This document shows positions 55,054 to 63,795 of a stretch of 64,000 nt of DNA, piece after piece. A model generated the notes under the pieces. That model ran no database searches and was not told the DNA's origin. It worked only from the letters and a program-made list of their open reading frames with translations. Within the stretch, counting starts at the first letter, position 1. The number at the start of each line of letters is the position of its first letter. The position numbers and the translations under genes are program-made. Source of the DNA: a virus; IMG/VR virus record IMGVR_UViG_3300042197_002946, positions 64,001 to 128,000 of that record; one strand, given 5' to 3'.

Positions 55054-55081
55054 ATTATAAGAATGAGGCGTCGAGTGTCAA
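55054..55081 (-). promoter_or_regulatory. Perfect sigma70-type promoter for ssb
   Basis: Minus strand TTGACA (55081-55076) - 16 nt - TATAAT (55059-55054). Confidence 0.8.
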
Positions 55082-56703
55082 GATTCTGGTATAAAACACT
55101 TTTCCACAATCAAACCGCTGCCAGCCTTTTTAGATTTGGTACCTATAAATACCAACACTTCGTTTTCTTTTAATAGATCTTTAAACTCACCATATTGTTC
55201 TGGAAACATTACTACAGAATCCAAACCTCCTGAGCTATCAAAAATCTCCAGAAAGGACATATTCGCCCCTTTATTTTTTCCTTGTTTGGTTTTGATCACA
55301 CTTAACCTACTAATCTCTCCCATGATAGCAACCTTTTTTCCTCCAGTTACTCCTTGAAAGTCTTTGCAAGATATCAAATTAGACTCATAATTTTGCATAT
55401 AACAATCTGTTTTAGTGCATGTCAAAGGAATACCTAATAATGCTGCTTCGGTCTCTGCTATCCACTGCATATTATCTTTTAATGAATATGGTGGATGGTC
55501 TATGCTATTGATAAATTCTTGTATTAGTACTTGTCTCTTTTTTGTTACTTTACATGTGGTTAATAGTTTGATAAAAACATCTTTAAATTTGATGCTTGTG
55601 ATATCTATATTATTAGTTGTGATTTGTTCTAATTCTTTTTTAGTTAGCTTATTAAGCATTTCTAAATAAAATAGTAGCTCTGTTCTAGGTATTTTATAGT
55701 CATCGAAAGCCCCTACGGAAACAATCGCCTTTGCTGCTGCACTATTAACATTGGTCAATAATCTACAAAACGTTGGTATTATTCCAGTTATATTTTTATT
55801 TATTAAATCCAAATGCAACTTTTCAATTGCTTCGTATACCGATTCCCCCACTCCTTTAATATTAGTAAGTCCAAAATAAATTTTATTATCAATAATAGTA
55901 AATTCTTTGTTCATAAATTTAAATTTAGGTAATAAAACCTCTATATTCATGGAACTAGCATTGTGTACCAACTCTTTAATTTCTTGATGTGGGTCTATTT
56001 TATCTTTAGCAAATCTTAGGTAGGAGACAAAAAAGATCTGTGGAAAATGTGCCTTAGCATATGCTGATAAATAACCATTGATAGCATAGCTAATAGCATG
56101 ACTTTTATTAAAAGAATATCTTTGGCTTTTTTCAATCCATCCGAAAATTTCTTCTGCCTCATGAGCATTAACGATACCCTTAGTATTACAGCCATTGATA
56201 AAAACTGTTTTCAACTTGGCCATCTCTTCTGGTTTTTTCTTACCAATGGCTTTTCTTAACATGTCGGCTTCTTGTAAATCAAACCCAGCCAACTCCTGTG
56301 CTATTTGCATACTTTGTTCTTGATAAACCATTTCTCCATATGTGGTTTCGAGAATATTTTTTAGACTGGGGTTATAATAGTCTATACTCTCTTGTCCATT
56401 TTTTCTATCAATGAAATGATTACTAACGCTCTTGCCTTCTCGAATAGCCTCTAGACATCCTGGTCTCATAATGCTAATCAAGCCAGCCAGTTGCTCTATA
56501 TTTTCTGGCTTTAGCTTTTTCGCCATGCTCTGACCTAGTCTAGACTCTAATTGAAAACATCCCTTAGTATTACCATCGGATATTAATTCCCAAGTTCTAG
56601 AACAGTCTAGAGGAATAGAGTTTACGTCAAACTCTAACAATTCTGTATTTTCGCTGTCTACAGGAAACTTACAGCCACAATCAAACTGATAATATTTTGT
56701 CAT
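55078..56703 (-). CDS. dnaE: DNA polymerase III alpha, C-terminal half (fingers, HhH, OB)
   Basis: IPLD...GNTKGCFQLES...IMRPG; TYGEMVYQEQSM; ADMLRKAIGKK; YSFNKSHA; FGLTNIKGVG; OB fold with MSFLEIFD. Confidence 0.92.
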   Translation of the reverse strand: MTKYYQFDCGCKFPVDSENTELLEFDVNSIPLDCSRTWELISDGNTKGCFQLESRLGQSMAKKLKPENIEQLAGLISIMRPGCLEAIREGKSVSNHFIDRKNGQESIDYYNPSLKNILETTYGEMVYQEQSMQIAQELAGFDLQEADMLRKAIGKKKPEEMAKLKTVFINGCNTKGIVNAHEAEEIFGWIEKSQRYSFNKSHAISYAINGYLSAYAKAHFPQIFFVSYLRFAKDKIDPHQEIKELVHNASSMNIEVLLPKFKFMNKEFTIIDNKIYFGLTNIKGVGESVYEAIEKLHLDLINKNITGIIPTFCRLLTNVNSAAAKAIVSVGAFDDYKIPRTELLFYLEMLNKLTKKELEQITTNNIDITSIKFKDVFIKLLTTCKVTKKRQVLIQEFINSIDHPPYSLKDNMQWIAETEAALLGIPLTCTKTDCYMQNYESNLISCKDFQGVTGGKKVAIMGEISRLSVIKTKQGKNKGANMSFLEIFDSSGGLDSVVMFPEQYGEFKDLLKENEVLVFIGTKSKKAGSGLIVEKCFIPES

Positions 56704-57389
56704 TGCGTTACAAAAGAGTCCCTAAATTTAATCTTCTTAGATAAGTTTCTGTGCAATCTCATGAATCGAATCAATAATTCTGCACAGTCTTGTACGTCTT
56801 TAAGAGCATCATGAGCGCCGGCTTTGCTAATGCCCATATAGTCTCTGATATTATCCAGAGATAGGTTCTTAATGTCTCCGTTGCTTTCAAACCAATAGAA
56901 TAATAGATTCATCATATCAAGAGTATCTCGTGGATAGAATAAGCTTGACCCATTCTCATTGTTTACGTATCCTAATTTTCTACTAAATCTCTCAACTATT
57001 TTCATATCAAACCGTATAATGTTATACCCAGAAGCAACAGGAGCAGAAAACATGCTTTTTTTGCTTCTATTCAGATGATATATTTCTAAATATTGTGCAA
57101 ACATTGACCACGCTTGTTGCTGGGACATGGAGTTCTTCCACGATTCCAGTATTTGCTCTTTAGTAGAGTTTCTGACCTTAGCATGAAACTCTAATATGTC
57201 CGAATCGCTGTATGTATGATTAGGGTCATTCTCCAGTTTTTCTGGCTTGACCTGAATATTAAACTCAGAATCTTTCACAATAGATAGATTGTATGGATCT
57301 ACTATAATAGCGGCTATTTGAACAGGACTACAGGTCTCTGTATCAATACCGTCTGTTTCAAAATCAAAAACGCATATTTTATTTTTCAT
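56700..57389 (-). CDS. dnaQ: DEDDh 3'-5' exonuclease (Pol III epsilon-like)
   Basis: ExoI VFDFETDG, ExoII YNIIRFD, ExoIII HDALKD; ATGA overlap with dnaE-C. Confidence 0.85.
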   Translation of the reverse strand: MKNKICVFDFETDGIDTETCSPVQIAAIIVDPYNLSIVKDSEFNIQVKPEKLENDPNHTYSDSDILEFHAKVRNSTKEQILESWKNSMSQQQAWSMFAQYLEIYHLNRSKKSMFSAPVASGYNIIRFDMKIVERFSRKLGYVNNENGSSLFYPRDTLDMMNLLFYWFESNGDIKNLSLDNIRDYMGISKAGAHDALKDVQDCAELLIRFMRLHRNLSKKIKFRDSFVTQ

Positions 57390-59935
57390 TGTAGGATACT
57401 AGTATCGTCCTGTAGGGCTTCCAGAATAGAGAATGTATTATTATAGTATATTTGTAAATCTAACTTAGGTCCGCATACTATCCCGGAATCTGTGCGAACC
57501 CTCACACATCCTATAAGATAGTTGGCAGACATGGGTCTGTCCAGAGTAATTTTTGTAATATTAAGTATTGGATCGTAGACTACTCTTGTCGCATTAAGAG
57601 TAGCTGTTTGTTGATAAATATTGTCTATTTCTTCTTTTGTAGGATCTGGATTAGCTGATCTGAGCCAATAACTAACTTTAACAGCACCAGGCAAAATTTT
57701 ACCCGTAACATTATATGGAACAATCAATGTTCGCCTATCTGGTTTGTATTCATATTTAAATTGATTATTTATAGTGGGAACCAATTCTCTACTAAAATAC
57801 GTATAGCACACTATCCTATCAATTGGAATATAAATATAATGACTACTATCAACTATAGTTACAGAACCGCCGCGATTAGACACATAATTGCGTATAGGAT
57901 TATACATTTTGATATAACTATCAGTAGATTTAGTGCTAGCAGAAGTTTTTAATAGAGGGGTGTTAGATTTAGCGTCAAAATATATTTTACCCTGTAGTTG
58001 AGTATTAAAAATATCTCTTAAAAAACGAAAAGAATCGCCGGTAACTTTTTCATATTTAACTGTTTGGGGAGCATTAGGTATATGACCAACACCATCTTCA
58101 TCAGGAATACCTGTGATAATGGCTTGATATAGCTCATCTAATTCTATTTTGGTAATGCCAAAAAATTGTTTAGTTAATTCTGGATTGGTTTTTTCTGCTA
58201 AAAAATATTCTATGAGCTGCTTAGCATAAGTACCGACATTATATGTGATATATCTACGACCACTCGCGGCAAAATCATCAACAACTACATAACATGCATA
58301 CAGCCATTCTGTTAAAGACGCATCAATCGGAGGCTCTTTATTCCACCCATTACAAGTTGGAATCGGATCTTCTGGCTGTTGGGCTCTGATACGAATATAA
58401 GGATCAACAAAATTTTGAGCAAATGCACTGCTACCTTGAGATAACTCGTATCTGATAAGATACGGCTCTGTTAAAAATAAATCTTCGATGATAACTCGGT
58501 TGTTTTCGTCTACTGGCCAATTAACAGTCTGGTAAACTATCTGTGGATCAGTGGCATCTTTAGGATTGGTCTTAGTATGAAAAAACCCTTTACCAGGAGC
58601 CATAAATAAATCAAAAATATTACTTTCTAAAGTATTAAATGACTCACACAAACCTTGATATAGCCAAAATTTATTAGCAGTACTATATTTGATAGGTTCT
58701 TGTTTGTCATTGACTCTGAAAAAGTATAACGGAGCACTTCTATCGTACGAATTGACAGGTGGAGGGTTATCGGGATATGTTATAGTACCGCCTCGACCTA
58801 GATCTATTCCATGCAAATTAAAAGCATCTCCAGGTAGCAATTTATATGCACTTATATCTTCAAAATATGATGGAAAAGAAGACTTAGAAAAAATTTCTCT
58901 AGCATTTATTTTTTCAACAGGAGTATCTAAGTGTAATTCGTCATCCTCATTGTCTGTAAAATGCAAGCCTCCGAACAAGATAATATCTAATAGATTTCTT
59001 TTATTTGTAGCCAACATCATACCTTTTAAGGTAAATGGGTCTAGCTTATTAGGATACGATGAACCCAAATAGTCTATACCTGCCAGAGCTGAATTAAAAG
59101 CAAAGCTTGTCCCATATTGCTCTTGAGCAGATAGTACGTTTGGCCTATTATCGGACAATAAGTCTCCTATAGTAAATGTATCTATAGAGGGATATGTGGC
59201 CTCTACCTCGCTTAAAAGTTCTTTATATTTTCTATGCATACACAATGCATTTACTGGACAACAACCAGGAGCTATTTGATATGTGTCTACTTTTTTATAA
59301 AGCAGCCTGTCTCTATTGAAGGGGTCGTAAAGGGTAAAGTAATCTCCTATTGCTAGTCTGCCAAAAGTAGTAAACTCTCTCGGCACTAAATCACCAGACC
59401 AATCGGTATAAACTTGCACACCGCTACTAATCCTGGCGATAATAGTTTTAGGCCCAGTATCGACTGTTAAAAAAAGCTCTCCTTCGGGGTCTTGATAAGA
59501 CAGAGGGGTGATTTGGCGATATGTTTCAACAAAGTCTGACCCCAAATTTTGAAAAGTTCCCACGCCGTATGTTTTTTCGCTAGTTTGTGATATTAATGTA
59601 AAATATAAACCAATATTAATATCTATATTTTTACTTGTATTTATTGGAAAATTTATTTGTGTCGGCATTGTTAAATATAGAGTTTCTGCTGGCATAGCCA
59701 TTTGGCCCTCTACATTAGACCCCCACATCCATATACTCTTATCTTGCTTAAGTGCTACTGAATGATTGGCACCAACCTTAGCTTCTATCCAAGGTATAGC
59801 ATCATATTGAGGGATACCAGTAATAACCTTATAAGTTTCTGCGGTGTCTTTAACATTTCCTATGCCCAACTGACCATACTGATTATCTCCAGACGAATAT
59901 AGAATACCTTCTTCTATATACAGAATATGTCCCAT
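57386..59935 (-). CDS. RCC1-repeat-containing protein of unknown function
   Basis: SGDNQYGQLGIG, VGANHSVALKQDKSIWMWGSNVEGQ at N-terminus; C-terminal ITKITLDRPM module shared with 24874 ORF. Confidence 0.65.
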   Translation of the reverse strand: MGHILYIEEGILYSSGDNQYGQLGIGNVKDTAETYKVITGIPQYDAIPWIEAKVGANHSVALKQDKSIWMWGSNVEGQMAMPAETLYLTMPTQINFPINTSKNIDINIGLYFTLISQTSEKTYGVGTFQNLGSDFVETYRQITPLSYQDPEGELFLTVDTGPKTIIARISSGVQVYTDWSGDLVPREFTTFGRLAIGDYFTLYDPFNRDRLLYKKVDTYQIAPGCCPVNALCMHRKYKELLSEVEATYPSIDTFTIGDLLSDNRPNVLSAQEQYGTSFAFNSALAGIDYLGSSYPNKLDPFTLKGMMLATNKRNLLDIILFGGLHFTDNEDDELHLDTPVEKINAREIFSKSSFPSYFEDISAYKLLPGDAFNLHGIDLGRGGTITYPDNPPPVNSYDRSAPLYFFRVNDKQEPIKYSTANKFWLYQGLCESFNTLESNIFDLFMAPGKGFFHTKTNPKDATDPQIVYQTVNWPVDENNRVIIEDLFLTEPYLIRYELSQGSSAFAQNFVDPYIRIRAQQPEDPIPTCNGWNKEPPIDASLTEWLYACYVVVDDFAASGRRYITYNVGTYAKQLIEYFLAEKTNPELTKQFFGITKIELDELYQAIITGIPDEDGVGHIPNAPQTVKYEKVTGDSFRFLRDIFNTQLQGKIYFDAKSNTPLLKTSASTKSTDSYIKMYNPIRNYVSNRGGSVTIVDSSHYIYIPIDRIVCYTYFSRELVPTINNQFKYEYKPDRRTLIVPYNVTGKILPGAVKVSYWLRSANPDPTKEEIDNIYQQTATLNATRVVYDPILNITKITLDRPMSANYLIGCVRVRTDSGIVCGPKLDLQIYYNNTFSILEALQDDTSILQ

Positions 59936-59964
59936 AAGCTGTCCTACTTACTAAATGCTACAAG

Positions 59965-60147
59965 CTATTTTATTGTGACAGTAGCATTGTCCGGAATAAA
60001 AGTCTTTTCTCCGCTACTCACAACAACAGCATTGAGCTTTCTACAACAAGATACTCTAACTTCTGGTGTTTTTCTGTATTCAGTATTGTTGTGAATAAAG
60101 ACGGTGTCTATAGTAATATTAGCAAATGTTGTTTGATGTTCCGACAT
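59965..60147 (-). CDS. Small beta-rich protein with vicinal Cys-Cys
   Basis: 60 aa, AAGGGA upstream, similar to a segment of the adjacent 849-aa protein. Confidence 0.55.
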   Translation of the reverse strand: MSEHQTTFANITIDTVFIHNNTEYRKTPEVRVSCCRKLNAVVVSSGEKTFIPDNATVTIK

Positions 60148-61993
60148 AGTTATTTCCCTTTAATAAAGATTGAATACACATAATTTTATCTAACATACCA
60201 ATACCTAGAATGTCAAACTTTACTATACCAAGAGATTCTAAATCTTGCATTTCCATACCTGCAATACTATTTCCGGTCTTAGAATCATACACCATTGGAC
60301 ATATTCCATCTAGATTATGGGCTGATATCGCAATACCGGCTGCGTGTTTAGATTGATTTGATTTGGTTCCTTCTAATCTAATAGCTTGCTCAAAGCGTTT
60401 TGCAAACAAGCCCGATATTGAGCCGTCATCATTAATTTGGCACCAATCTTTAAATTTATCTGGAGTATTCTCTAAGGCCCATTGAATAATGGAAGATTCT
60501 CCTCTATCTTCTTTCATTTCTTGAAGATCATCCGCTATCTTCGCTTCGTCCGGAATGTTTTTAGTAATTTGATTCATTTCCTCATAAGATAAACCTCCAT
60601 ATACTCTCAACACCTCTTTTAAGGCGCCTCTTCCTTTCATAGTATTAAATGTAATCATCTGAGATACCTTATGAGTCCCATACTTATTTTTAATATAGCC
60701 AATAACATTATCTCTTGTTGTCATAGGCACATCGATATCAATATCTGGCATAGATATTCTATCAGTAGAATTTCTTCCAGCATTATAGAATCTCTCAAAA
60801 AGCAAATCATATTTAATAGGATCTATATTGGTAATTTCTAATAAATAAGATACCAAACAACCAGCAGCACTTCCTCGACCCGGACCAGGAAGCCAAGAAT
60901 TTGTTCTAATATAATTTACAATGTCTTGAACGATTAAAAAATATCCAGACAAGTTAGCCCCTTGTAATACAGATAGTTCCTGTTTGATCCTGTCTGCATA
61001 AATTTTTTGGTCTTCTTCGGATATTTTGGTAAAACCACGTTTTCTCCATCCATCTCTACATAATTGTCTTAAGTATTCATCCTCATTATCTATAAATTGT
61101 GGTAGTTGAGGTCTATTAAGAATATTGTATTCTTCACACATATCAGCTACTAAATTAGTATTACGCAATTCTTCTTCTGTGTGTAAATTTCTCATTTCCT
61201 CATCAGACAAAATATAGAAATTATCGGACTTAAAAAAGCAGCCAAGAGGCACATCTTCATTATTAATAATCTTTTTATTAATTTCTGGGAAAGTGGTTTT
61301 AAGAGTATTACAAAGCAGAACTCTTTGATCTATAGCGTCCTCTTTGTTGGCATAGTGGGCATCGGGAGTGGCTACTACTTTTAATTGGTGCTTTTTAGCT
61401 AAGCTGCGAATAATATCTGTCAGAGTAATTTGGAATGGTAAATGATCTTTATCCATTAATTGGGCTTCTAAAAATAATCCGTCAGACCCAAAAATAGACT
61501 TTAATTGATCTATTAATAAACTAGCTGGATTCAAATCTGATCCATTATTTATGATATCGGCCAAGTTAGAGCCCATGTGACCAGTAATACAGATCAGTCC
61601 GGACGTATCCAGGTCTTCGAGTTCGTTTATGCTGATCCTGGGCTTTCTATAAAATCTGCTTGGGTCGTTTGATGCAGAAACTAAACTGATAAGGTTTTTC
61701 CAGCCTTGGATGTTTTTTGCCAGCACCAACATGTGAGATAATTGACCGTTATCTTTGTGCTGATTTGTGGACTTGTCTTTACAAATATATAATTCGCACC
61801 CTAGAATAGGCTTAATTCCTTGCTTTTTCATAGCCTGATAAAATGACACAGCTCCAGAGATAGAGCCGTGATCTGTAATAGCACAGGCTGATGACCCTAT
61901 GTCAGCGCATCTTTTAGCGATCTGTTCGGGCTTACTGAGTCCGTCTAATAATGAGTAGTGGGAGTGTGTATGAAGAGAGATATATGATGACAT
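60119..61993 (-). CDS. dnaE: DNA polymerase III alpha, N-terminal half (PHP, palm, thumb)
   Basis: LHTHSHYSLLDG, TDHG, GCE, DAHY (PHP); GPGRGSAAG; LLFERF; PDIDID; KHAAG; KFDILG. Confidence 0.93.
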   Translation of the reverse strand: MSSYISLHTHSHYSLLDGLSKPEQIAKRCADIGSSACAITDHGSISGAVSFYQAMKKQGIKPILGCELYICKDKSTNQHKDNGQLSHMLVLAKNIQGWKNLISLVSASNDPSRFYRKPRISINELEDLDTSGLICITGHMGSNLADIINNGSDLNPASLLIDQLKSIFGSDGLFLEAQLMDKDHLPFQITLTDIIRSLAKKHQLKVVATPDAHYANKEDAIDQRVLLCNTLKTTFPEINKKIINNEDVPLGCFFKSDNFYILSDEEMRNLHTEEELRNTNLVADMCEEYNILNRPQLPQFIDNEDEYLRQLCRDGWRKRGFTKISEEDQKIYADRIKQELSVLQGANLSGYFLIVQDIVNYIRTNSWLPGPGRGSAAGCLVSYLLEITNIDPIKYDLLFERFYNAGRNSTDRISMPDIDIDVPMTTRDNVIGYIKNKYGTHKVSQMITFNTMKGRGALKEVLRVYGGLSYEEMNQITKNIPDEAKIADDLQEMKEDRGESSIIQWALENTPDKFKDWCQINDDGSISGLFAKRFEQAIRLEGTKSNQSKHAAGIAISAHNLDGICPMVYDSKTGNSIAGMEMQDLESLGIVKFDILGIGMLDKIMCIQSLLKGNNYVGTSNNIC

Positions 61994-62005
61994 AAAGTTC
62001 CAAAG

Positions 62006-63049
62006 TTATTCTGTGCTTCCGGGAGCCTTGTAGTGCCCTATATTATGACCTGGGGCGGAGTATTCGTCAATCACCATATCCATACCTTTCAACTCTATGT
62101 CGTGCTTTACTTGCTCACACTTGGTCATATTGGTATGCTTAGCACATGTTTGGTTATCTCTATACTCTTCTAATGGATAAACATGAGTGTTATCAAATGT
62201 GGTTTTCCCAAAATGACATAATTTATTGCACATCCAACTCTTTTTTAAAGTTGGTTTACGACTCTTTTTGATAATCTCAAATTTATCTTTAAGCATTTTT
62301 TCGGTTTGCGGAATATCTGACTTATCAAATAAAATACTAAACGGACCACCATCATTAATAAAAAATATCGTAACTATAATGTGATCATAATCTGGATACA
62401 GTTGTTGTACAGCATAGTGATAGATTCTTAATTGAGGGTCGTTCTCTAATTTTTCCTGAGTTTTTTCTTGTCCTGTCGCCCAGTCCAGTCTTCGTCCGGT
62501 TTTCCAATCCACTATCTCTAGGGTATTGTCATCTATTTTAGTAATAAGATCTATAGTGCCTTTTAGGGCCAGCGTACCACTAAGATTATTGCCATTAATA
62601 TTATAATTGTATTCAGCCCACTTTTTGTCGATAGTAATATCAAAATGTTGTTCTGGACACATAATATTACGATTGCGAGGATCAAACATCCCATTATTAA
62701 ATTCAATAGCCTTATAGACCCACTTACGGCAATCATCAAAGTCTCTTTCAGTCCATTTGTGATGATGACATTTGGTAATATAGTAGTCATAGACATTTTT
62801 TATAATCTGCTCCAAATCATATCCATGCGTGGGTAGTTCTCCAAGGATATCATCATCTATAGACTTTTCTTTGTTCTGCTCTGCTTGTTTAATTACAGCC
62901 AGTATTTCTAATACCTTATGGACTATAGTGCCTTTGTCTGCCTTTTGACCAGACGGACTTCTCCATCCCAGAACATATTCCATAAAGTATTGCTGTTCAC
63001 ACATGGAATGAGTATTATATGACGAGCTTCTAAAATATGTGATTATAAT
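62006..63049 (-). CDS. PD-(D/E)XK Cas4/AddB-like exonuclease (probable non-ATG start near 63049)
   Basis: GTIVHKVLE; KGTIDL...IVDWKTG...QLRIY; Cys at N-terminus and CNKLC...C (Fe-S-like); upstream in-frame IITYFRSSSYNTHSMC. Confidence 0.8.
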   Translation of the reverse strand: MIITYFRSSSYNTHSMCEQQYFMEYVLGWRSPSGQKADKGTIVHKVLEILAVIKQAEQNKEKSIDDDILGELPTHGYDLEQIIKNVYDYYITKCHHHKWTERDFDDCRKWVYKAIEFNNGMFDPRNRNIMCPEQHFDITIDKKWAEYNYNINGNNLSGTLALKGTIDLITKIDDNTLEIVDWKTGRRLDWATGQEKTQEKLENDPQLRIYHYAVQQLYPDYDHIIVTIFFINDGGPFSILFDKSDIPQTEKMLKDKFEIIKKSRKPTLKKSWMCNKLCHFGKTTFDNTHVYPLEEYRDNQTCAKHTNMTKCEQVKHDIELKGMDMVIDEYSAPGHNIGHYKAPGSTE

Positions 63050-63795
63050 AATTCACCTCGTTCGAATATTGATTGAAAAAGATTAAAGAGATACATCGAT
63101 TGATCATATATTGACATATTTTCATTATCAATAACGTGATCAAAATTTGACCAATCATATCTGTTCTTATCTAAAATTACTTCGCTTATATGGTCAGAAG
63201 AATTGTGTTTATCTCTTGTTAATCGAATAACCAAACCACCAGCGCTATGTATGGCTTCAACCTCGTTAGGGAATCGACAATCAGTAATCAGGGCCAATTC
63301 TGTATTGTCATCTAGAATTTTACTAATAGTAGCTTCTGGCCATATATTTGGCTTCATGGATCTGAAAATATCAGTACCAACTACCTGCATTACTTCTCTG
63401 GCTGTTAAGTATTTATTTTGCCAGTAAACGTTGGTTATATCATTTTTATCCATATCGGATCCATAGCATTGATTGTATGTCAATCCTAGCAAATCCATGC
63501 AAATATTTTTTTTGAGTATATCAGCAAAGCTATATAATTTAATATATGGATTGAGTTGTTTAACTATCTCAGCCACGTCTTTATCTAATATATTGTTATG
63601 ATTATTTAAATAATATTGATTAATATCTACAGTAATAGACGCTCCATTATGTTTTAAAATGTCTATTGTACCTTGATCATTAATCTTAGCTTTTTGGCAT
63701 AGGTTTTGATCTGCCAAATAGAGACTATAAATAAAATTAGCTGATGTATTTTTGCCAGATTGTTTTTTTCCAGAAAATCCTATAATTTTAGTCAT
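63043..63795 (-). CDS. Deoxynucleoside monophosphate kinase (T4 gp1/T5 dnk-like)
   Basis: P-loop GKKQSGKNT; SFADILK; TAREVMQVVGTDIFR; ITDCRFPNE. Confidence 0.85.
   Translation of the reverse strand: MTKIIGFSGKKQSGKNTSANFIYSLYLADQNLCQKAKINDQGTIDILKHNGASITVDINQYYLNNHNNILDKDVAEIVKQLNPYIKLYSFADILKKNICMDLLGLTYNQCYGSDMDKNDITNVYWQNKYLTAREVMQVVGTDIFRSMKPNIWPEATISKILDDNTELALITDCRFPNEVEAIHSAGGLVIRLTRDKHNSSDHISEVILDKNRYDWSNFDHVIDNENMSIYDQSMYLFNLFQSIFERGELL

Noticed and set aside
56600-60200. Split intein or group I/II intron joining the dnaE halves
   Set aside because: No intein terminal motifs; the gap is filled by three coupled protein genes with no room for a structured intron or maturase.
62006-63049. 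CRISPR-Cas cas4 locus
   Set aside because: No other cas genes or array; a solo PD-(D/E)XK nuclease in a replication module is common in phages.
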